This document shows, piece by piece, positions 1 to 7,213 of a DNA stretch of 32,000 nt. The position numbers and the translations under genes were made by a program. A model generated the notes under the pieces. That model searched no databases, was not told the DNA's origin, and saw only the letters and a list, made by a program, of their open reading frames with translations. Source of the stretch: Cereibacter sphaeroides 2.4.1 (GTDB lineage: Bacteria; Pseudomonadota; Alphaproteobacteria; Rhodobacterales; Rhodobacteraceae); NCBI RefSeq assembly GCF_000012905.2, contig NC_007493.2:2040001-2072000 (forward strand), written 5' to 3'. How positions within the stretch are numbered: position 1 is the stretch's first letter; each line of letters opens with the position of its first letter.

Positions 1-909
1 GAGCGCGACCAGAACTTCCGGCTCGCGACGCCCCGAGGGGCGTTCGTGCTGAAGATCGCCAATGCCGCCGAACCGCGCGGCGTGACCGAATGCCAGACGC
101 TGGCGCTCCTGCATCTGGAGGCGGTGGCGCCGGGACTGCCGGTCCCGCGGGTGATCCGCACGCGGGAGGGCGCTCCCTGGACGGAACTGGCCGGCGGCAA
201 TCTCCTGCGGCTCCTGACCTGGGTCGAGGGCGAGCCGCTCTGGCGCGCGCGGCGCGGGGCGGCGCAGCGGCGGGCGGTGGGGCTCTGCCTCGGCGGCATC
301 GCCGCGGCGCTGGCCGATTTCTCGCATCCCTCTGCCGATCACGAACTCCTGTGGGACATCCGTCATGCGGCCCGGCTTCGGGCGCTGCTGCCCGCTATTC
401 CCGATGCGCGAACGGCGGTGCTGGCCGAGCGGGTGCTGGACCGGTTCGAGACGGCGGTTGCGCCCCGGCTGGCGGATCTGCCCTGGCAGGTCGTTCACAA
501 CGACATGAACCCGCACAACATCATGGTCGATCCGGCGAATGCCGACCGGGTCGCGGGCGTGATCGACTTCGGCGACCTCGTGCGCACGGCCCGCGTCTGC
601 GATCTGGCCGTGGCGGGCTCCTATCAGGTGGATCCGGGCGATCCGGCGGGAACGCTCGCCGATCTGGTGGCGGGCTATCACGCGGCGAACCCGCTCCGGC
701 CGGAAGAGGTGGAGCTGCTGCCCGACCTCGTCGCGGCGCGCATGGTGACGACCATCGCCATCGCCTCGGCGCGCGCGGCCCAGCAGCCGGACAATGCGCC
801 CTACATCCTGCGCAACCTGCCCGCGTCGGCCGCGGGCCTCGAGGCACTGACGGCGCTTGCGCCCGGCGCGGCGGCGGCGGCGCTCCTGCGCGCGACGGAG
901 GCCGCGTGA
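1..909 (+). CDS. APH/choline-kinase-fold phosphotransferase (hydroxylysine-kinase / homoserine-kinase-II-like); 5' end lies outside the window
   Basis: Frame 1 is open from base 1 (ERDQNFRLATPRGAFVLKIAN...) to TGA 907-909, so the track start at 46 is internal. Kinase catalytic loop VVHNDMNPHNIMVD and metal-binding VIDFGDL are present. It sits directly upstream of a class-III aminotransferase, which is a recurrent pairing. Confidence 0.75.
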   Translation, partial: ERDQNFRLATPRGAFVLKIANAAEPRGVTECQTLALLHLEAVAPGLPVPRVIRTREGAPWTELAGGNLLRLLTWVEGEPLWRARRGAAQRRAVGLCLGGIAAALADFSHPSADHELLWDIRHAARLRALLPAIPDARTAVLAERVLDRFETAVAPRLADLPWQVVHNDMNPHNIMVDPANADRVAGVIDFGDLVRTARVCDLAVAGSYQVDPGDPAGTLADLVAGYHAANPLRPEEVELLPDLVAARMVTTIAIASARAAQQPDNAPYILRNLPASAAGLEALTALAPGAAAAALLRATEAA

Positions 910-943
910 GCGCAAGATCCCTGCCCCCACGAGGAGCCCGCCC

Positions 944-2254
944 ATGAACCGCGATGCCATGCCGAACGCCTTCCGCCCCGGCGCGGTGGACCTGCCCCCG
1001 CGTGAGGCGGACCTGGTCGCCCGGCGGCAGGCGCTTCTGGGGCCGGCCTACCGGCTCTTTTACGAGCGGCCCCTCCATATCGTGCGCGGCGAGGGCGTCT
1101 GGCTCTACGACGCGGACGGCACCGCCTATCTCGATGCCTACAACAACGTGGCCTCGCTCGGCCATTGCCATCCCCGGGTGGTCGATGCGGTGGCGCGGCA
1201 GGCGGGGCAACTGGCGACCCACACGCGCTATCTGCATGAGGGCGTGCTGGAGCTGGCCGAGCGGCTGCTGGCGACCCTGCCCACCGAGCTCGGGCACGCG
1301 ATGTTCACCTGCACCGGGTCGGAGGCGAACGACCTGGCCCTGCGGCTCGCCTTCGCCGCCACCGGCGGCACGGGTGTGATCGTGACCGAGAACGCCTATC
1401 ACGGGGTGACGATGGGCGTGGCGGCCCTCTCGCCCTCGCTGGGTCCGGGCGTGCCGCTCGGCGTCCATGTCCGCACCGTGCCTGCCCCCGACCAGGACAA
1501 GGGCGCCGATGTGACCTTCGGCGCGGCCGTGGCGGCGGCGGCCGCCGATCTGGCCCGCCACGGCATCCGGCCCGCGGCGCTGATCCTCGACACGGTCTTC
1601 TCCTCCGACGGGGTCTTCACCCACCCGACGGACACGCTCGCCCCGGCGGCGGCGGCGATCCGCGCGGCGGGCGGGCTCTTCATCGCCGACGAGGTGCAGC
1701 CCGGATTCGGCCGCACCGGCGAGGCGATGTGGGGCTTCCTGCGGCACGGGGTGGTGCCGGACATGGTCTCGATGGGCAAGCCCATGGGCAATGGCTATCC
1801 GGTGGCGGCCCTCGCCCTCCGCCCGGAGCTGGCCGAGCGGTTCGGGGCCGGGGCGCGCTACTTCAACACCTTCGGCGGCAATGCCGTGGCGGCGGCTGCG
1901 GCGCTCGCGGTGCTCGACACGCTGGAGGCGGAAGGGCTGCAGGCCCACGCCCTGAATGTGGGCGGGCAGTTCCGGGCGGATCTGAGCGCCCTGTCCGCCC
2001 GGGATCCGCGGCTGGGGGCCGTGCGCGGCGCGGGCCTCTTTCTCGGCGTCGAGGTGCTCGAGCCCGAGTCGCGCGCGCCCGATGCCCGGATGGCCGCGCG
2101 TATCGTGAACGGGCTGCGCGAGGCCCGCGTGCTGATCTCGGCCACCGGACCGCACGGCCATGTGCTGAAGATCCGCCCGCCGCTCGTCTTCTCGGACGCG
2201 AACGCGGCCTTCTTTCTCGAGCGGTTCGAGTCGGTGCTCGCGGCCCTGCGCTGA
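944..2254 (+). CDS. Class-III PLP-dependent aminotransferase (AGXT2-like / phospho-lyase-like), 436 aa
   Basis: ATG 944 is preceded by GAGGAG at 931-936. The track start at 857 would overlap the upstream gene with an Arg-rich extension. Motifs: GSEANDLALRLA, DEVQPGFGRTG, and the PLP-lysine context SMGKPMGNGYP. Stop TGA 2252-2254. Confidence 0.85.
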   Translation: MNRDAMPNAFRPGAVDLPPREADLVARRQALLGPAYRLFYERPLHIVRGEGVWLYDADGTAYLDAYNNVASLGHCHPRVVDAVARQAGQLATHTRYLHEGVLELAERLLATLPTELGHAMFTCTGSEANDLALRLAFAATGGTGVIVTENAYHGVTMGVAALSPSLGPGVPLGVHVRTVPAPDQDKGADVTFGAAVAAAAADLARHGIRPAALILDTVFSSDGVFTHPTDTLAPAAAAIRAAGGLFIADEVQPGFGRTGEAMWGFLRHGVVPDMVSMGKPMGNGYPVAALALRPELAERFGAGARYFNTFGGNAVAAAAALAVLDTLEAEGLQAHALNVGGQFRADLSALSARDPRLGAVRGAGLFLGVEVLEPESRAPDARMAARIVNGLREARVLISATGPHGHVLKIRPPLVFSDANAAFFLERFESVLAALR

Positions 2255-2439
2255 GCGGGGCGTACCGGGCAGAGGCCGCCAAGCCATCCTGAAATCTCGA
2301 AAAATCCCCGCAAGATGGGGTCCGGAAGGGCCGGGCGCAAGGCCTCGGACACCCTCGTTTTTGCAGCAGCGAGAGGCTGCGGGACGGCCCTGTGGGGCCG
2401 GGACAGGCAGCGTCAATTTCCCGCGCGCCTGCGGCAAAA

Positions 2440-2453
2440 TTGTCCCTTTTCAA
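2440..2453. promoter_or_regulatory. Degenerate FNR/FnrL-type box TTGTC-CCTT-TTCAA upstream of pucB
   Basis: Matches the TTG-N8-CAA core of TTGAT-N4-ATCAA and lies about 230 nt upstream of the pucB start. An FNR-like site has been described in the puc upstream region; the assignment to this exact site is from pattern only. Confidence 0.35.
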
Positions 2454-2512
2454 GCCGTTACGCAGGATTCCCGGCCGATCTGGCGGCCAATAAGTCGCAC
2501 CCAAAACGGCCT

Positions 2513-2530
2513 TGTCAGCCAACACTGACA
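2513..2530. promoter_or_regulatory. PpsR (CrtJ) repressor operator, TGT-N12-ACA palindrome, site 1
   Basis: TGTCAGCCAACACTGACA fits TGT-N12-ACA exactly, with extended dyad TGTCAG..CTGACA, upstream of pucB. Confidence 0.8.
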
Positions 2531-2537
2531 TTGAATC

Positions 2538-2555
2538 TGTCAGCGCAATGTGACA
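2538..2555. promoter_or_regulatory. PpsR (CrtJ) repressor operator, TGT-N12-ACA palindrome, site 2
   Basis: TGTCAGCGCAATGTGACA lies 7 nt downstream of site 1 and abuts the candidate -10 hexamer. Paired PpsR sites overlapping the puc promoter are established for R. sphaeroides. Confidence 0.8.
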
Positions 2556-2557
2556 CC

Positions 2558-2563
2558 CATAAT
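2558..2563 (+). promoter_or_regulatory. Candidate puc promoter -10 hexamer CATAAT
   Basis: CATAAT lies about 120 nt upstream of the pucB GTG, consistent with the long puc leader I recall (about 117 nt). No good -35 at canonical spacing, as expected for an activator-dependent promoter. Confidence 0.4.
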
Positions 2564-2681
2564 GCGAGCCGGGGCGGATCAGAAATCGCCGACAAGGTGA
2601 TCCAGGTCTCTCCGGTCTCGTCGAAGCCCGCGTGCAGGCCCTACACGCAAACCGTCGATTTACCAGTTGGGAGACGACACA

Positions 2682-2837
2682 GTGACTGACGATCTGAACA
2701 AAGTCTGGCCGAGCGGCCTGACCGTTGCCGAAGCCGAAGAAGTTCATAAGCAACTCATCCTCGGCACCCGCGTCTTCGGTGGCATGGCGCTCATCGCGCA
2801 CTTCCTCGCCGCCGCTGCGACCCCGTGGCTCGGCTGA
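2682..2837 (+). CDS. pucB: Light-harvesting complex 2 (B800-850) beta polypeptide, 51 aa
   Basis: Not in the ORF track because it is too short. GTG 2682 is preceded by GGGAGA (2669-2674). Translation is [51 protein letters not shown], which I recognise as R. sphaeroides PucB (conserved BChl-ligand His in ALIAHFLA). TGA 2835-2837. Confidence 0.97.
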   Translation: MTDDLNKVWPSGLTVAEAEEVHKQLILGTRVFGGMALIAHFLAAAATPWLG

Positions 2838-2852
2838 TAGGAGAAGACTGAC

Positions 2853-3017
2853 ATGACCAACGGCAAAATCTGGCTCGTGGTGAAACCGACCGTCGGCGTT
2901 CCGCTGTTCCTCAGCGCTGCCGTCATCGCCTCCGTCGTTATCCACGCTGCTGTGCTGACGACCACCACCTGGCTGCCCGCCTACTACCAAGGCTCGGCTG
3001 CGGTCGCGGCCGAGTAA
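2853..3017 (+). CDS. pucA: Light-harvesting complex 2 (B800-850) alpha polypeptide, 54 aa
   Basis: Not in the ORF track. ATG 2853 is preceded by AGGAGA (2839-2844). Translation is MTNGKIWLVVKPTVGVPLFLSAAVIASVVIHAAVLTTTTWLPAYYQGSAAVAAE, recognised as R. sphaeroides PucA. TAA 3015-3017. Confidence 0.97.
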   Translation: MTNGKIWLVVKPTVGVPLFLSAAVIASVVIHAAVLTTTTWLPAYYQGSAAVAAE

Positions 3018-3027
3018 TGCTGCGCAA

Positions 3028-3104
3028 GGCGCGGGCCTGCGGGCCCACGCCAGCCAGTCCGTGAGTTCCGAGCAGGCCGGGATCCTTGGGTTCCGGCCTG
3101 CTCG
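3028..3104 (+). terminator. Two intercistronic stem-loops between pucA and pucC (partial terminator / mRNA 3'-end stabiliser)
   Basis: Hairpin 1: GGCGCGGGCC (3028-3037) pairs with GGCCCACGCC (3042-3051), one mismatch, loop TGCG. Hairpin 2: a perfect 12-bp stem CGAGCAGGCCGG (3069-3080) / CCGGCCTGCTCG (3093-3104). This is consistent with the known abundant short pucBA transcript versus the rarer pucBAC transcript. Confidence 0.7.
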
Positions 3105-3211
3105 TCACACCAGCGACGTGTTCCTGTCGCCTTGCCCGTTCGGGCTGTGTGCCTGAAGCCCGACATCCTTTCCAGTCGCGCAGTCTGCGCCTACCCCGGG
3201 ATTCTTCACGC

Positions 3212-4591
3212 ATGAGCCGAATTGCCGAACATCTGGTCCGCATCGGACCGCGGTTTCTGCCATTTGCCGACGCGGCCTCGGACCAGCTGCCCCTGCGCAA
3301 GCTGCTGCGCCTGTCGCTGTTTCAGGTCGCCGTGGGCATGGCCATCGTCCTGCTCGTCGGCACGCTGAACCGGGTGATGATCGTCGAGCTGAAGGTGCCC
3401 GCCTCGGTGGTGGGGATCATGATCTCGCTGCCGCTCCTGTTCGCGCCCTTCCGCGCGCTGATCGGGTTCAAGTCCGACACCCATGTCTCCGCACTCGGCT
3501 GGCGGCGCGTGCCCTGGATCTACCGCGGGACGCTGGCGCTGTGGGGCGGCTTCGCCATCATGCCCTTCGCGCTGATCGTGCTCGGCGGGCAGGGCTATGC
3601 CGAGGGCCAGCCCTTCTGGCTCGGCGTCTCCTCGGCCGCGCTCGCCTTCCTGATGGTGGGCGGCGGCGTGCACACGATCCAGACGGTGGGGCTTGCGCTG
3701 GCCACCGACCTCGCCCCGCGCGAGGACCAGCCGAAGGTCGTGGGCCTGATGTATGTGGTGCTGCTCATCAGCATGATCTTCGCCTCGATCGGCTTCGGCT
3801 GGCTGCTCGATCCCTATTATGACGCGCAGCTCATCAAGGTCATCTCGGGCGTCGCCGTCGCCGTGTTCTTCCTGAACATGATCGCCCTGTGGAAGATGGA
3901 GCCGCGCAACCGCGCCTTCACCGTGAAGCCCGAGAAGGAGCCCGAGTTCGGCGACCACTGGCGCGAGTTCATCAGCCGCGAGAACGCGCTCCACGGGCTG
4001 ATCGTGATCGGGCTCGGCACGCTGGGCTTCGGCATGGCCGACGTGATCCTCGAGCCCTACGGCGGCGAGGTGCTCTCGATGACGGTGGCCGAGACGACCC
4101 GGCTGACCGCGACCTTCGCGGGGGGCGGGCTCGTGGGCTTCTGGCTGGCCTCGTGGGTGCTCGGCCGGGGCTTCGATCCCCTGCGGATGGCCTTCCTCGG
4201 CGCCGCCGCGGGGCTGCCGGGCTTCTTCGCCATCATGGGCGCGACCGAGATGACGAACGTCTGGGTCTTCCTCCTCGGCACGCTGGTGGTGGGGTTCGGC
4301 GGCGGGCTCTTCAGCCACGGGACGCTCACGGCCACGATGCGGCTGGCGCCGAAGGAGCAGGTGGGCCTTGCGCTCGGCGCCTGGGGTGCGGTGCAGGCCA
4401 CGGCCGCGGGCGTGGCCATCGCGGGCGCAGGCGTGCTGCGCGACATCCTGCAGGCGATGCCGGATCTCTCCGGCTACGGTCCCGGCGCGCCCTACGTCGC
4501 GGTCTTCGCCCTCGAGGCAGGCTTCCTCTTCCTGACCATGATCGTGATCCTGCCTCTCTTGCGCTCGGCTCTCGCCGCCCGCCGCCTGTGA
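3212..4591 (+). CDS. pucC: PucC, MFS-like (BCD/LhaA family) LH2 assembly protein, 459 aa
   Basis: ATG 3212 gives MSRIAEHLVRIGPRFLPFADAASDQLPLRKLLRLSLFQVAVGM... with a polytopic membrane profile throughout. The track start at 3086 lies inside the upstream hairpin and adds a non-protein-like leader. Position directly after pucBA. Confidence 0.93.
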   Translation: MSRIAEHLVRIGPRFLPFADAASDQLPLRKLLRLSLFQVAVGMAIVLLVGTLNRVMIVELKVPASVVGIMISLPLLFAPFRALIGFKSDTHVSALGWRRVPWIYRGTLALWGGFAIMPFALIVLGGQGYAEGQPFWLGVSSAALAFLMVGGGVHTIQTVGLALATDLAPREDQPKVVGLMYVVLLISMIFASIGFGWLLDPYYDAQLIKVISGVAVAVFFLNMIALWKMEPRNRAFTVKPEKEPEFGDHWREFISRENALHGLIVIGLGTLGFGMADVILEPYGGEVLSMTVAETTRLTATFAGGGLVGFWLASWVLGRGFDPLRMAFLGAAAGLPGFFAIMGATEMTNVWVFLLGTLVVGFGGGLFSHGTLTATMRLAPKEQVGLALGAWGAVQATAAGVAIAGAGVLRDILQAMPDLSGYGPGAPYVAVFALEAGFLFLTMIVILPLLRSALAARRL

Positions 4592-4599
4592 CGAATCAC

Positions 4600-4620
4600 C
4601 GGGCACGCCCTGCGTGCCCG
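4600..4620 (+). terminator. Stem-loop 9 nt after the pucC stop
   Basis: CGGGCACG (4600-4607) / CGTGCCCG (4613-4620), 8-bp GC-rich stem with a 5-nt loop. There is no clear U-tract (GCTTCCC follows), so intrinsic-terminator function is uncertain. Confidence 0.45.
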
Positions 4621-4704
4621 CTTCCCGGAGGTGCAAAAGGCTACTCCTTTGGGGGTCTTTGAAATCTCAGCCTGCAGGTTCGCGCCCTCGGCGCCGCTTC
4701 GCCG

Positions 4705-4728
4705 CAGGGTTGAACCAGGACAACCCTG
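4705..4728. other. Perfect 8-bp stem-loop in the pucC-downstream intergenic region
   Basis: CAGGGTTG (4705-4712) / CAACCCTG (4721-4728), 8-nt loop. It is extendable by GCCG/CGGC with one bulge. Confidence 0.4.
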
Positions 4729-4775
4729 ACGGCGAGATTCCGCGCACGTCCCCCACTCGCCGCCGAGGCGAAACC

Positions 4776-4799
4776 CTTGGTTAACACAACGTTAACAAG
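4776..4799. repeat. Imperfect palindrome containing two GTTAAC hexamers (candidate operator)
   Basis: CTTGGTTAAC-ACAAC-GTTAACAAG. The arms pair except for one bulged G. It lies about 190 nt upstream of the LuxR-type regulator gene in an unusually AT-rich stretch. Confidence 0.3.
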
Positions 4800-4985
4800 A
4801 CCTTCCCTGCCCCGACTTGTCCACAACCTGACCATTTCGGCAGGGCACAGGGTAGCCTCCCCCTTTTTCCTGCTATAACAGACCTTTGCGGCATCATTGG
4901 CTGCATGCTAAAGTATGGAAATCGACAAAACTTTGAAGAGTAGGATTTAGCCGGGTTTGCGTCCCAAACACAAAGTGGACAGATT

Positions 4986-5732
4986 GTGATGAATCATTCG
5001 ACCGACTCTTTTTCGAAATCTTTGAATACCCTAGGCAGCGACCTGCCTGCCACTGCTGCAGTCCGGCTCTCCGAACGTCGTGCCCTCGTGATGATCGACC
5101 CCCGTACGCTCGAGCGCGAATGCCTCGTGCGCTGCGTGGAACTCGCTCATCCGTCCATCCAGATCGTCGGGTTCGGCTCCTTCGAGGAGTGGCGCAGCCG
5201 CAGGGATCACCACGCCCATCAGGTGATCCTCTACAGCACGGGCAACCGGTCCGTGAGCGAGGTCTCCCGCGAGGTCGCCGCGCTCGTGACGGAAGCCGGT
5301 TCCTCGCCCGTCGTCGTCATCGGGGCGGCGAACGATCTGCGCGAGATGATCGCGGCCTTCGACTGCGGCGCGCGGAGCTACCTGCCCTCGTCGGTGGGGA
5401 TCGACGATATCGTCGAGGCGAGCCGCCTTGCGACCTTCGACGGGATCTTCCTGCCGACCGCCAGTCTCACGGCGCTGCGCGGCGCCCTGCCCGACCGGGC
5501 AGAGCCGCAGATCGCCGTGGACGAGCATCTGACCGAGCGCCAGCGGGCCGTCTGCGACGCGCTCCGCCGGGGCAAGTCCAACAAGATCATCGCCGGAGAG
5601 CTCAATCTCTGCGAAAGCACGGTGAAGGTGCATATCCGCAACATCATGAAGAAGCTCGGGGCGAAGAACCGCACCGAAGCTGCCTTCAAGCTGAATTCCA
5701 GCATGTTCGCGGGAGAAGGTCGCCTCTCCTGA
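4986..5732 (+). CDS. LuxR/FixJ-family transcriptional regulator with a degenerate (pseudo-)receiver domain
   Basis: The C-terminal HTH is LTERQRAVCDALRRGKSNKIIAGELNLCESTVKVHIRNIMKKLGAKNRTEAAF. The N-terminal REC-like fold lacks the expected phospho-acceptor Asp (HQVILYSTG), the T/S position (VVVIGAA) and the Lys (GARSYLPSS). The start is GTG 4986 or the adjacent ATG 4989. Confidence 0.85.
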   Translation: MMNHSTDSFSKSLNTLGSDLPATAAVRLSERRALVMIDPRTLERECLVRCVELAHPSIQIVGFGSFEEWRSRRDHHAHQVILYSTGNRSVSEVSREVAALVTEAGSSPVVVIGAANDLREMIAAFDCGARSYLPSSVGIDDIVEASRLATFDGIFLPTASLTALRGALPDRAEPQIAVDEHLTERQRAVCDALRRGKSNKIIAGELNLCESTVKVHIRNIMKKLGAKNRTEAAFKLNSSMFAGEGRLS

Positions 5733-5745
5733 GCCGGAGCGGCGG

Positions 5746-5775
5746 ATGCCCCGGCCCCCTCGGGGGCCGGGGCAT
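5746..5775. terminator. Bidirectional GC-rich terminator hairpin between the convergent LuxR-type gene and hemZ
   Basis: ATGCCCCGGCCCC (5746-5758) / GGGGCCGGGGCAT (5763-5775), perfect 13-bp stem with loop CTCG. It lies between stop 5732 (+) and stop 5782 (-). Confidence 0.7.
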
Positions 5776-5781
5776 TGCCTT

Positions 5782-7140
5782 TCACGAGGCCTGCGAGTAG
5801 CGGGCTTCCGGCGTCTCGTAGGCGTCGAACAGCCGCGCGATCATCCGCGCCAGCGCCCGGCCTTCCTTCGCAATCGACATCGAGCCGTCCGCGTCCACCG
5901 TGACGAAGGGCGTGAACTTCTCGGCCGCTTCGGCGATGCGCGGAACCATGGTCTCGGCCGGCTCGCCAAAGCGCGCGCGCAGCGCGGGCAGGTCGAGGAA
6001 GAAGTCGCACATGATCATCTCGATGGCGCGGCCGTGGAGGTAATCCTCCTCGGTCATGCGGTGGCCCCGGTAGCCGGGCAGCCGCCCCTCCTCGATCGAC
6101 TTGATATAGGCGGCGGTGGCGGCCGTGTTCTGCAGATAGCCCTGCTCGAACTTCGAGATCGACGAGGCGCCGATGCCCAGAAGCGTCGGGCAGGTGTCGT
6201 CGGTGTAGCCCTGGAAGTTGCGGCGCAGCTTTCTGCTGCGGGCAGCCACCGCCATGCTGTCGTCGGGCAGCGCGAAATGGTCGATCCCGATGCGCTCGAA
6301 CCCGCCTTCGGTGAAGAGCCGCGCCGCCAGATTGGCCAGCTCGTGCCGCTCGATGTCGGGGGGCAGCACGGTCTCGTCGATCAGCTTCTGGCGCTTGGCC
6401 ATCCACGGCACATGGGCATAGCCGAAGATCGCCACGCGGTCGGGCCTCAGCGAGAGCACCTTGTCGATGGTGGCGGCAAGGCTCTCGCGGTTCTGGTGCG
6501 GCAGCCCGTAGACGAGGTCGGTGTTCAGCGAATGGACACCGTAGCGGCGCAGCGTCTCGACGCAGGCCTTGGTGTTCTCGAAGGGCTGCTCGCGCCCGAT
6601 CGCATTCTGCACGATGTCGGTGAAGTCCTGGATGCCGATCGAGGCGCGGTTCATGCCCTCCTCGCTCAGCGCCCGGATCTTGGGCTCATCGACCATCATC
6701 GGATCGATCTCGACCGAGAATTCGTAGTCCTCGGCGAAGGGGATGACGGCCTTGATCGCCTGCGCGAGCTTGTGGATCAGCTCGGGCGACAGGATCGTGG
6801 GCGTGCCCCCGCCCCAGTGCAGCCGCCCGGCCTTCACGCCGGCGGGCAGGTGCTGCTTCACCAGCTCCAGCTCCTGCAGGAGCGTGCCCACATAGGCTTC
6901 GACCGGGGCCAGCGTCTGGGTCCCCTGCGTGCGGCAGGCGCAGAACCAGCAGAGCCGCTCGCAGAAGGGGACGTGGACATAGACCGAGATCGGCACGGCG
7001 GGATCGAGGGCTTCGATCGCCTGTGCCTGAAAGTCCGCTCCGACGGCGCCCGAGAAGACCGGCGCCGCAGGATAGCTCGTGTAGCGCGGCACGCGCGCAT
7101 CGAAGAGTCCGAGACTCTGGAGGAGGGCGATGTTTGTCAT
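5782..7140 (-). CDS. hemZ: Oxygen-independent coproporphyrinogen III dehydrogenase (radical SAM, HemN family), 452 aa
   Basis: MTNIALLQSLGLFDARVPRYTSYPAAP... with radical-SAM cluster motif CERLCWFCAC (CxxxCxxC). I recall the HemN paralogue next to puc in R. sphaeroides being named hemZ; the family assignment is firmer than the paralogue name. Confidence 0.9.
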   Translation of the reverse strand: MTNIALLQSLGLFDARVPRYTSYPAAPVFSGAVGADFQAQAIEALDPAVPISVYVHVPFCERLCWFCACRTQGTQTLAPVEAYVGTLLQELELVKQHLPAGVKAGRLHWGGGTPTILSPELIHKLAQAIKAVIPFAEDYEFSVEIDPMMVDEPKIRALSEEGMNRASIGIQDFTDIVQNAIGREQPFENTKACVETLRRYGVHSLNTDLVYGLPHQNRESLAATIDKVLSLRPDRVAIFGYAHVPWMAKRQKLIDETVLPPDIERHELANLAARLFTEGGFERIGIDHFALPDDSMAVAARSRKLRRNFQGYTDDTCPTLLGIGASSISKFEQGYLQNTAATAAYIKSIEEGRLPGYRGHRMTEEDYLHGRAIEMIMCDFFLDLPALRARFGEPAETMVPRIAEAAEKFTPFVTVDADGSMSIAKEGRALARMIARLFDAYETPEARYSQAS

Positions 7141-7175
7141 GCTGAACCCAATAACGGTTCACGAGACATTAGACT

Positions 7176-7189
7176 TTGCGCAGGATCAA
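7176..7189. promoter_or_regulatory. FnrL/NnrR-type box upstream of hemZ (TTGAT-CCTG-CGCAA on the coding strand)
   Basis: The plus strand reads TTGCG-CAGG-ATCAA, a perfect TTG-N8-CAA core with one FNR-type and one NnrR-type half-site. The centre is about 42 nt upstream of the hemZ ATG, implying a very short leader. Confidence 0.6.
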
Positions 7190-7213
7190 ACGCCCCGGAC
7201 AGGGTGTCGCAGG

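Noticed and set aside
857-943. N-terminal extension of the aminotransferase
   Set aside because: Arg-rich, overlaps the upstream kinase gene, and a GAGGAG Shine-Dalgarno sequence precedes ATG 944.
521-2437. 638-aa minus-strand ORF antisense to the kinase and aminotransferase genes
   Set aside because: The composition is extremely Arg/Gly/Pro-rich with no motifs. It lies fully antisense to two ORFs with clear family motifs. This is a typical open antisense frame in high-GC DNA.
3086-3211. N-terminal extension of pucC from the track start
   Set aside because: The start lies inside the 12-bp intercistronic hairpin, and the extension (MGSGLLVTPATCSCRLARSG...) is not protein-like. ATG 3212 gives the canonical PucC N-terminus.
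3206-4636. 476-aa minus-strand ORF antisense to pucC, and the +-strand off-frame ORFs 3541-3822 and 3889-4662
   Set aside because: Low-complexity Arg/Glu/His/Gly sequence. pucC on the plus strand has a coherent membrane-protein profile and the correct operon context.
4641-4835. 64-aa minus-strand ORF in the pucC-downstream intergenic region
   Set aside because: No Shine-Dalgarno sequence, Arg-rich, and it spans hairpin and palindrome elements. It is more likely non-coding structured DNA/RNA.
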